Part shown: positions 53,740 to 64,000 of the stretch, one piece after another
How positions within the stretch are numbered: the stretch's first letter is position 1
Layout of the letters: each line of letters begins with the position of its first letter
Assembly (NCBI RefSeq): GCF_004010195.1
Contig: NC_057750.1
Span: 11,507,144 to 11,571,143 of the forward strand
Direction of reading: 5' to 3'
From: Chiloscyllium plagiosum
Lineage: Eukaryota
DNA: 64,000 bases
Translations under genes and position numbers: made by a program
Notes under the pieces: generated by a model
Database searches by the model: none
The model's input: the letters and a program-made list of their open reading frames with translations, nothing else
Told to the model about the DNA's origin: nothing

Positions 53740-54590
53740 AGAGCCTGGAATTACTTTTCAATAATCTCTCCTGGTGACCACACCTCTACGGAGTTAGTTT
53801 AAACCCTCCACAATAGCAACAACAAAACTTTCTGCAACAAACACAGTCCCAACTCTCTCAATTGCAACCCATCAAGCTAGTACAGGTGATATCATCCCCA
53901 AAGCCAGTCCGTGTCCCAAGAATCCTTCTTGCACTAACTTTCCAGCTACATATTCATCAGTCTTCAGCCTTATCTTTCTTTTTTGTACTCACTTGCACAT
54001 GAAACTGGGAGCGATCTGAAGATTGCTACATTAGAGGTCCTGCTTGCAAATTTTCTACCGAGCTCCTTTAAAATTTTATTTTATGATTCCGTCCCACTTC
54101 CTACCAATGTCATTACTACCAATGTAGACCATGACCTCTGATTGTTTGCCCTCCCCCAAATCGATGTCCTACATCCACTCTTGAAATTCTGACCCTAGCA
54201 CCAGGTATGCAACAAACCATCTTGAGCTTACACTGAGGGCTGGAGAAATATCTGTCTTTCCTAAAAACTAAAAGAAAAATCAATACTTGCCTTCCATGCT
54301 TCTTCCTCCCCTGCTGGGCCAGCTGCACTTCAAGAATCTGTCACTCTCACTGATATTCAGAGCAGAAAGTCGATTAGTGAGCGGGACCTTCTGGGTTCTC
54401 CTGCACTACCTGCCTGTTTCTCATGGACTGCCTAGCAATCACCCATTCCCTCTCTGCTTGCTTGCTCCCAATTTGCAGTGTGACCAACTCTCTGAATGTA
54501 CTATCTATATAGTTCTTGCGTCATGGACATACCTCATTGACTCTAGACACTGCTACCGCTTATGCAGATAGTCTCACGTCCTGCACAGAG
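53740..54590 (-). mobile_element. Degenerate CR1 ORF1 (SGNH esterase-like) region
   Basis: Minus-strand MVCCIPGARV and VMVYIGSNDIG (GxND block) remnants. Confidence 0.6.
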
Positions 54591-54720
54591 GCTGGACTAG
54601 TCATGATTAGTGGTTAAGGTGGGTGTGCCTTGATCTCTGCTAAATTCTATGAAAAATGCCTCTGTTGAAGGATTAATAAGGGCTTGGTATTGAAATCTGT
54701 TACCTCAATGTTCATCTTAG

Positions 54721-54936
<216 letters not shown>

Positions 54937-55034
54937 TGAAGCAGTTGAGGTGGATAATGCACAAGGATTATAATTTTGCTAACTACATCACGTTTCTCAA
55001 TCAGTTACATGTGCCCATAAAGACATTTTTAAAA

Positions 55035-56740
55035 AGAGCAGGAATAGGCCATTCAAGCTTGGTCCACCATTCAGTAAGATGGTTGTCCTCCACTTCCTTT
55101 CCTGTTTTCTCCCTATATCCTTTCATTCTCCTATAATTCAATAATTTGTTTGTGTCAACCGGAATATATTCAGTGACTCCATTCCCATTGTAATCTGGGA
55201 TAGATGATTCCAAAAGATTCAAAAGAAATTTCAACTGGGAGATTGCCTATTCTGGAATATGGCCCCTAGATCTTCCCACAAGAAGGGACTATCCTCTCAG
55301 AATTTACCGTGTGCCAGCCCTCCCATTAATTTATGGTTTAATAAGATTACCTTATATTCTTAATCCCAGCAATTATTATAGGTCCTTTCCTCATTACTTA
55401 TCCTGGGAACCAATCTGGTGAACCTCTCTGAACTGCCTCCAATGCATGTGTATCCATCATGAACTAGAATGACCAAAACCACAGTACATCTTGGTGTGAT
55501 ATTGCTACTACCCTGTATAATTACAGCAAACCTTTCCTACTTTCATACTTCATCTGCTGTGCAATATCAGTCAACATTACATTTGCCTTTCTAATTACAA
55601 GCTGAATCGGCTGAGAACCTGTTTAAATTACAAGGACATCCAGATCTCTTCCTACCACGGTTTTCCACATATCTTAAATAATGCTCTGCTTTTCTATTTT
55701 TGCAATAGTCTCTGAGCTTCCCACATTTTACTCCAACTCATACATTTTCTTTATTCATTCAAACTACCTGTATGCTTTTACAGAATCTTTGTATGCTTCA
55801 CAAAACTTACTTTCCAATCAGTCTTTGAGTCATCAGCATATTTGGCTACAGTTCCCTATGTTTATTTATCTAAGACATTAATATAAATAGTAAATAGTTG
55901 AGCCCCCAGCAATGAATCCATCGGCATCTCACTAGTGACAGTTTGCCCATCTGAAATTTACCCATTTATCTTGAAGCATTATTGTAGAGGCCTACTGCAC
56001 AGAAAAAGGGCTTTTGGGTCTGCACGAGTCAAAATCAAATGTCTAACTATTCTAATCTCCCAACTTCCAGCACTTGGCTCATAACCTTGTACGCCTAGGC
56101 ACCGAAAGTGTACATTTAAATACTTCTTAATTGTTGTGAAGGGTTCTGCATCTGCCGGCCTTACAGATAGTGAGTTCCAGATTCCCAACGCTCTCTAAGT
56201 GAAAAACAATTCTCTCACATTCGCTCTTAAACTCCTGTTCCCTTACCTTAAATCTATGTCCCTGGGTCATTGATCCCTCCATCAAGGGGAAAAGTCTTTT
56301 CCTGTCTATGCCTCTCATAATTTATACATCTCAGTCTGGAAATGTGTTGCTGGAAAAGCGCAGCAGGTCAGGCAGCATCCAGGAAACAGGAGAATCGACG
56401 TTTCGGGCATAAGCCCTTCTTCAGGAAATGAAGTCTGTCCCACCTCAGTTTCCTCTGCTCCAAAGAAAACAACCTCAGTCTATCAAATCACTCTCCAGTC
56501 CAGGGCAACATACTGGTAAATCTTCTGCAATGTCTCCAGCACATCACATCCCGCCTATAATGTTGATTTCAGAACTGCACGCAATACTCTAGTTGTGGCC
56601 TATCCAACTTTTTGGACAGTTCTAGCATAATGTCCCTGCTCTTAAACTCTACGTCATGGCTAATAAAGGCAAGTATCCATATGGCTCCTTTGGTTGCAGC
56701 TAGCAAATCCTCTATCTATGCTGATATATTAGAATATAAG
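55035..56740 (-). mobile_element. Two adjacent degenerate CR1 3' fragments with a nested Penelope-terminus insert at 56339-56431
   Basis: CR1 tail peptides on the minus strand. The insert has an AGTCTG TSD (56333-56338, 56432-56437). Confidence 0.75.
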
Positions 56741-56869
56741 TGCTTATCTCATACAATATTGTTATTGAATGCAACTCTCTGGAGCTAAGTGACTACCACT
56801 TCAGCTTTGCTGAATTTAAGGTGATTAGTCAGTTACTTGGTCTGCAGAGGGAACACTCCTTGGTAGTAT

Positions 56870-57165
56870 ATTTCAAGACGAGAGGGCACATTTTTAAAGT
56901 GAGAGGTGAATGATTTAAAAAAAATACATTAGGGGCAGTTGTTTTACATAGAGGGTTGTTTGTATGTGGCCAGAACTTCCTGAGGAAGTGGTGGATGTGG
57001 GTATAATTACAATGTTTAAAAAACATTTAGATAAGTACATGAATAAGAAAGGTTTGGAGGGATATGGGTCAGGAGCAGGCTGGTGGGACTAGTTTAGTTT
57101 GGGTATATGTTCGGCATGGACTAGTTGGACCGAAGGGTCTGTTTCTGTGCTGTATGACTATATGT
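56870..57165 (+). mobile_element. CR1/HER1 3' end
   Basis: Similar to 28605-28895. Confidence 0.82.
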
Positions 57166-57557
57166 GCAATATTGTCTGTGTCTCTCCAAGTCCATATTGA
57201 GACTCAAGGGGTGGAGGTTGTCTGCTGAGAAGTCTTGGCTTCTCCTGTTAAGCAAAGACCATTCCTGCCATGTTAGCTCAAAACTTACAATTAGACAGAT
57301 GGGATTTTCACAATGAACATTTTATTAATACCCAATATTTCTAGTTTCTTCATCCAAGGATATCTGCGCATAGATCTTGCTCAGGAAGATTACAGTAACC
57401 TTTTCTATGGCATTATGTCAAATGCCTTTTGCAAATCAACACATTACATCTATTTTCCTTCCACAAAACCATGTTGACTCTTTAATTATATTACATATAT
57501 TATTTCCTAAATGTCCTGTTACTATTTCCTCAAAGGTGAATGCCAGTATATTTCCAG

Positions 57558-58192
57558 TTACCTCAGATTACAACAGGATCTGGACCAGATGGGCCAATAG
57601 GCTGAGAAGTGGCAGATGGAGTTTAATTCAGACAAATGCGAGGTGCTGCATTTTGAGAAAGCAAATCTTAGCAGGACTTATACACTTAATGGTAAGGTCC
57701 TAGGGAGTGTTGCTGAACAAAGAGACCTTGGAGTGCAGGTTCATAGCTCTTTGAAAGTGGAGTCACAGGTAGATAGGATAGTGAAGAAGGCGTTTGGTAT
57801 GCTTTCCTTTATTGGTCAGAGTATTGAGTACAGGAGTTGGGAGGTCATNNNNNNNNNNNNNNNNNNNNNNNNNNNNNNNNNNNNNNNNNNNNNNNNNNNN
57901 NNNNNNNNNNNNNNNNNNNNNNNNNNNNNNNNNNNNNNNNNNNNNNNNNNNNNNNNNNNNNNNNNNNNCAGAGGGTGGTACGTGTATGGAATGAGCTGCC
58001 AGAGGTTGTGGTGGAGGCTGGTACATTTGCAACATTTAAGAGGCATCTGGATGGGTATGTGAATAGGAAGGGTTTTGAGGGATATGGGCCGGGTGCTGGC
58101 AGGTGGGACTAGATTGGGTTGGGATATCTGGTCGGCATGGACAGGTTGGACCGAAGGGTCTGTTTCCATGCTGTACATCTCTATGACTCTAT
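57558..58192 (+). mobile_element. Young CR1/HER1 3' fragment containing a 120-N gap (57849-57968)
   Basis: MEFNSDKCEVLHF...QRDLGVQVHSSLKVESQVDRIVKKAFG. Near-identical to 28022-28895. Confidence 0.92.
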
Positions 58193-58689
58193 GTCAGGCT
58201 AACTAGATAATCTACTTTCACTAATGCTGTTTGAGAGATCTACATCAAGCCAGGATAATAGTGCCTCGAGATCTCTGAATTAGAGAGATTGCAAAACAGG
58301 TCACTTGGCCTGAATCGACTTTAACTCTTCTATCCCAGGCATAGTCCTAATGTTATAATGCCCTTGTAAGTGGCTGCTACCCGTCTGGCCCAACGTTTGA
58401 CTTTCCAAAAGGCAAAGCCAAAAGAATCAGAATTTCCATAGAGATTGTATGTGAAGTCAAGACATTGAGCCTTCACTACAAAAAATAGTGTTATTAATAG
58501 TCTGTTAACATCTTTCTTTCAACATCGCTTAATTGATTCCTAAATGGTAGCATTGACTTGTCCTTAATTGCTAACTTGAAGCCAACCACACAGCTTCAAA
58601 ACAGTTGCTTTCTTCAAAAGAAAAACTGTCTGTTCTCTGAATTACATCTTTTCATTTAATCTTGTATTTACGTCATCTTATTCTGTGTC

Positions 58690-60850
58690 AGCCCTAGCTC
58701 AGTAGGTAGCACTCTTGTCTCTGAGTCACAAAGTTATGGTATGGGTTGAAGTGCTACTCTAGTTGTTGAAAACTGTCAAGTCTGACTGCAGCAAAGAAGC
58801 AGTGTTGCACTGTTGGAGGTATTATCTTTCAACTGAGGTGTTAAACTGATGTCTCACCTGCCCTTTCAAATGGCATAAAAGATTACATGGCCCTGTTTCA
58901 AAGAAGAATTATGCTTGACAAACATACTGGCATTTTTTGAGGATGCAACTGGTAGAATTGCTAAGGGGGAGCCAGTGAATATTGTTTACTTGGACTTTTA
59001 TAAGGCCTTTGATTAGGTCCCATGTAAGACCATACATGGGGCGGCAGGGTGGCTCAGTGGTTAGCGCTGCTACTTCACAAAGCCAGGGACTTGAGTTTGA
59101 TTCCAGTCTTGGACAACTGTCTGTGTAGAGTTTCATATTCTCCCCATGTCTGCGTGGGTTTCCTCCCATAGTCCAAAGATGTGTAAGTTAGATGAATTGG
59201 CCATGCTAAATTGTCTGTAGTGTCTAAGGATGTGCAGGCTAGGACAATTAGCCATGGGAAATGTGCAGTTATGTGCAGGAATAGGGTAGGGGGTTGGGTT
59301 TGTGTTGGATGCTGTTTGAAAGATTGATGAAGATTTGATGAGCCGATCAGCCTCTTTCCATACTGTAGATGTTCTATGATTCTGTGAAGAGGTTAGCATG
59401 CAAAGTTAATGCACATGGGATTGGAGGCAGTGTACTGACATGGATATAGAGAATTGGTTGGCAGGCAGGAAAGGGGGTGGCAGCCAATGATTAATGGGAT
59501 ATCACAGGCATCAGTTCTTGGACCCCAGCTTTCACATTGATTTTAATGTCCAATTTTGAAGGCAAAACAAAGATGGGTAGGAGGCTGAACTGTGAAGAAG
59601 ATGCAGAGAGATATTAGTGTGATTTGGACAAGTTGAGTGGGCAAATGCAAAGCAGACGAAATATAATGTGGATATGTGTGAGGTTATTCACATGGGTAGC
59701 AAAAGCAGGTGATGGATTGGGAAAGGGGAGGTGCAATGAGATTAGGGTGCACTTGTACACCGGTTGCTGAAAATAAGCATGCAAGTTCAGCAGGTGGCTA
59801 AGAAGGCAAATAGTATATTGGCCTTCGTAGCAAGAGGATTCACGTGGAGGAGCAGGGATGTTTAGCTACAATTATACAGGACTTTGGTGAGACTACACCT
59901 GGAGTATTGTGTGCAGTTTTCCTTTCCTTATCTGCGGAATGATATTCTGACTATGGTGGGAGTGAAACAAAGACTGATTCTTGAGTTAGCAGGATGATGT
60001 ATGAAGAGGAACTGGATCAGATAGAACTATATTCACTTGAATTTAAAAGACTGAAGGAAGATCTCATAGAAATGTATAAAATTCTAACAGGTCTAGACAG
60101 GTTAAATACAAGAGGGATGTTTCCAATGACCAGGGAATCCAGAATCAATGGGTCACAGTCTGAGGATATGGGGTATGCTGTTTAGGACTGAGATGAGGAG
60201 AAATTTCTTCTCCCAGAAACTGGCGAGCTTGTGAAATCTCTACCACAGAAAGCAGATGAGACCAAAACATTGAATGTTTTCAAGGAGTTAGTTATAGTCT
60301 TAAGGGCCACGGGGATCAAAGGTAATAGGGAGAAGGCGGGAACAGGATTCTGAGTTGGGTGAATAAGCCATGATCGCATTGAATGGAAGAGCAGACTCGA
60401 AAGGCTGAATGACCTACGCTTGCTGCTATTTTCTATGTTTCTTTCAACAAAGGATTTCTCCTCCGTATCCTGACTAAAATTTATCAATCAACATTACAAA
60501 ACAAATCATCAGGTCATTATCATTGCTGTTTATGGGAGCCTGCTGTAGATAATTGTAAGCATATTTCCTACATTACAACAGTGACTACACTTGAAAAGTA
60601 ATTTACTGGATGTAGGTTTAGAATAGAAAGCAGAAATCATCAGCAGTGCTTCGCCTGGAGGCCCACTGAAGATGTTACATAGTAGGGTGACAAAACGTCT
60701 GCAAATGAACCTTCCAGCTCAGCGAGCAAACCTACATCTAGAATCTCAACCTGAGCTACAAATCTTCTCAAAACTCGCTTAGTAATTTAATTGCTTTAAA
60801 GGGCTTTGAGATGTCTGGTAGAGTCTATTATCAGAAGAAATTATCTGTTC
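58690..60850 (+). mobile_element. Deu-SINE split by a CR1 (about 58910-60440, itself carrying an HE1 SINE at 59038-59385) and by a Penelope family C fragment (60606-60780)
   Basis: SINE head and Deu domain at 58690-58908 resume at about 60445. The Penelope piece is flanked by AGTAATTTA (60597-60605, 60781-60789). Confidence 0.75.
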
Positions 60851-61160
60851 TTTACATAATGTTCATTCTTTCATGATTTCTCCATGCCTTTATCAAATCA
60901 CTCCTTAATCTCTGTTCCAACTAAAACAAAACATGTCTCTCTTCCCGAAATTCTTTATCCTGATGCATCTATGTAGCCTCAATACACCTCATCACAAGTC
61001 CCAAACTGTGCACAATACTCCAACTAGGATCTTGAAGGTTTGATATAGATTCACCATTTAATCTGAATTTTATATATAGTAAATCCTCTGTATCTGCAAG
61101 CTCATGATTTACTTTTTGGTGCAGATAATCAAACTTGTAAGTAGCACTAAAATACATTAT

Positions 61161-61358
61161 GGGCGGCACGGTGGCACAGTGGTTAGCACTGCTGCCTCGC
61201 AACGCCAGAGACCCGGGTTCAATTCCCGCCTCAGGCGACTGACTGTGTGGTAAGGGGTAAATGTAGGGGTATGGGTGGGTTACGCTTCGGCGGGTCGGTG
61301 TGGACTTGTTGGGCCGAAGGGCCTGTTTCCACACTGTAAAGTAATCTAATCTAATCTA
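61161..61358 (+). mobile_element. Young HE1-type SINE with internal deletion
   Basis: gggcggcacggtggcacagtggttagcactgctgcc head, retained CpGs, (taatc)n tail. The V-domain is missing. Confidence 0.88.
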
Positions 61359-61875
61359 ATACATCATCTGCAGGCAAACCGGTGTATCGTGATTTTTAAT
61401 CTGTATTTTTAACAGGCTCCGCACTCGCAAATTTCATCATCCATGGGGGTTCTTAGAAACAGAACCCTCATTTATACAGAAGAATGATGATATATTACTT
61501 GCCATGAAACCCAGTATTCCATTCGCTTTTCATTAATGGTCTTATCTACTTGAAATGCTGCTTTTAATATCTTGTGCACCTTCAATTTGCAAATTCCTCT
61601 TTTTCTGCATTACACTGACACCGTCTCTAATTCAAAGGATAATGATCAACTTTGAATTTTCTACCAAAATAACCTACCTCACAATTACGGACATTTGCAT
61701 TTGCAGCATTTTATCCCTTAAATCAACTTAACCAAATCACAGGAAACAATCTGTTTCTATTGGCTCACAGTCATCTATTTAAATATCTTTTGAAAGCTTT
61801 GACATTGGGCTTCTCCAATTTCATATTAAAATTGCATGACCAGGAGACATGCCCTTGGTTTAATATTAAATCTGG

Positions 61876-62071
61876 TAGGTAAAAATAATGATTGCAGATG
61901 CTGGAAACCAGATTCTGGATTAGTGGTGCTGGAAGAGCACAGCAGTTCAGGCAGCATCCAAGGAGTAGCGAAATTGACATTTCAGGCAAAAGCCCTTCAT
62001 CAGGAATCATTTCGCTGCTCCTTGGATGCTGCCTGAACTACTGTGCTCTTCCAGCACCACTAATCCAGAAA
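61876..62071. mobile_element. Fold-back Penelope-terminus mini-element with 16-bp TSD
   Basis: TTAATATTAAATCTGG at 61860-61875 and 62072-62087, with inverted arms. Confidence 0.85.
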
Positions 62072-62499
62072 TTAATATTAAATCTGGCTAACAGCACCTC
62101 AAAGTTCAGCACTCTCTCAGGTCTGATGAATTTGCCAGATTGTGTGCTAAAGTCCCCAAGAAGTGCACAAAGTGGTGCAACTATTGAGACACAATGGACG
62201 AGGAACCATTACTGAGCTGTACTAAGTTAGTCTACTTCAGCTGAAAACATGGAAGATGGATCTTGGTGCATTTGGAATCAGAAACGAGTTAACATTTCTG
62301 CTTTACATCACACTCTGAGCCTCTTGCTACAAAAATGGTGCATGTGAGGAGGCTGGACTGCAATGCATTACAAAACCAGGGCTCAATAAATTTATTCCTC
62401 AGGCTAATCTTGAGATTTTTTTGGAGATAACATTTTGGTTTTCAGGGGCTCCTTTTGTCAGTCTCTATCTCATTCAATCAGTGGTGCAGGCAATTAGTA

Positions 62500-62702
62500 A
62501 CAAGGTCAGAAGTCACACGACACCAGGTTATAGTCCAACAGATTTATCAGAAATCACAAACTTTTGTAGTGCTACCCCTTCATCAGGTGAATTCCCCTCA
62601 TGAAGGGAACAGCGCTCCGAAACCTTGTCATTTCAAATAAACCTGCTGGGTAACCTCTGACCTTGTCCACCCCAGTCCAACATCAGCCACCTCCACATCA
62701 TG
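62500..62702. mobile_element. Fold-back Penelope-terminus element, family B, degenerate
   Basis: Inverted copies of the 23083-23168 terminus. Confidence 0.6.
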
Positions 62703-63165
62703 GTTAGATTTAGTGACAATACCTACTGCATTTGAGTTGATATACAGAGGATTTAGATTCTCACAGAGGCAGTTGGAGAATTCCTCAATATTTTCAATAA
62801 CTATCACTGCTCCATTAAACTTAAAATCACAACACATAAGAAAAGCTTTAATTTCCTCAGTAACATAGGATTTACATAAGCACAAGTTCTTGATGTAAGT
62901 TAGCAACTAGTACTTTGAAAGTATATGATGTGAACTTGGTACCTGCTGTCTAGTTATGTCTATTTACCTCTTCCCTAATAAACATTCCCCACCCCACCCC
63001 CCTAATTAAATTTTCCCTGGTAAGTGGGAGATTTCAGGGGAGAATTTGCCCACCATTTCCATGCATTCTGAGCCCCAGTCAACACCATATAGCTCACTGA
63101 AATGAGAAGAGCAGAATTGAGTGTGAGATCGCAGCTTCTCATTGTTTATTTTTCTGCTATTCCAG

Positions 63166-63267
63166 CTCCAGTACCTGCCTCAACTAACGAGCAGCAACAT
63201 CTCACCAGCACCTGAGCCCAAGAAGTATCACCGGCACAAGAATGACCATCACTTGCCCAACATCTGA
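63166..63267 (+). CDS. CDKL1-like: CDKL1-like terminal coding exon 9 (LQYLPQLTSSNISPAPEPKKYHRHKNDHHLPNI*)
   Basis: tttttctgctattccag acceptor. Family-typical LQYLPQL and C-terminal PNI*. TGA at 63265-63267. Confidence 0.95.
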   Translation, partial: LQYLPQLTSSNISPAPEPKKYHRHKNDHHLPNI

Positions 63268-64000
63268 CTATATGGCAGCAAAAGCCAGCGAACCCAGCCA
63301 AACACCCACCTGCACTTCCACAACTTCCCCAACAAGTGGAACCCCTGACGGAATACTTCCAAACCCACACTGCATTTACAGGGACCGGGCCATTCAATAG
63401 ATAGGGGTTTAAGGAGGGGTTTTGGGCTGGACAGGGACTTGTGTTCTTAATTTGGCACCATATTTGTGCAGGGGGTCCAGCCCCCACATGAATGCCAGTT
63501 CTATCAAGTAATGCGACAGGCCCATGCTAATATTGCAATGTTTGGTGGAGACTGTCCAGTAAATAATAATACCCATCAGCCAGGTTCTCTTAAATATATG
63601 AAGATACCTGAGATATGCAGTCATTTGTACATTATGCTGGTTTGCAAATTATTTTTATTGGCCAGTAAATCCACAGTGGTAGTTTTCTAGTCGATTGAGG
63701 AGTTGACACTTCAGAAACACATGCCACCTATTGGCCAGAACCTACCATTACAGTGACTGTTCCCACAGCAAAATTGAACAAGAAATATTGACATAGCAAT
63801 TCACATTGGGAAATGTTGGCTGAAAATTGTGACCAAAAATCATAACAGAAGGAAGTAAGCTTTTACGGACAATAAGTGCCTTACATTCTTACATCCTCTG
63901 TATGATTTTAAGACAACCAAAACAATAGTTGTCTCCAGAATAATGTCATTAATGTATGCACATAATCTGTGAGTACATGCCATGGGAGGGGTCACCTTTC

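Noticed and set aside
63146..63487. 113-aa antisense ORF over the last exon
   Set aside because: It is a shadow of a GC-rich coding exon and 3'UTR, with no recognisable domain.
63268..64000. Poly(A) signal of the CDKL gene
   Set aside because: I found no canonical AATAAA or ATTAAA. The 3'UTR probably extends past the window.

Overview
Vertebrate nuclear DNA, most likely from a shark or other elasmobranch (inferred from HE1-type V-SINEs, HER1/CR1 LINEs and SacSINE1-like Deu-SINEs). The window holds a complete 9-coding-exon CDKL1/CDKL4-family kinase gene on the + strand (ATG 5826 to TGA 63267, 350 aa, all introns GT-AG and in frame). Upstream on the same strand are the last two coding exons and poly(A) signal of a MAP4K (GCK-I family, most like MAP4K1/HPK1), which the ORF track misses. 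The kinase sequence and this neighbour suggest a third CDKL1/4 ohnolog rather than true CDKL1 (MAP4K5-linked) or CDKL4 (MAP4K3-linked). The introns are filled with CR1 LINE fragments, SINEs, a solo LTR and at least three families of Penelope-like elements whose termini carry minimal hammerhead-ribozyme motifs. Intron 2 has a cluster of RFX X-box and forkhead motifs. There are three assembly gaps. Family comparisons are from recalled sequences, not database searches, and repeat boundaries are approximate unless a target-site duplication (TSD) is given.
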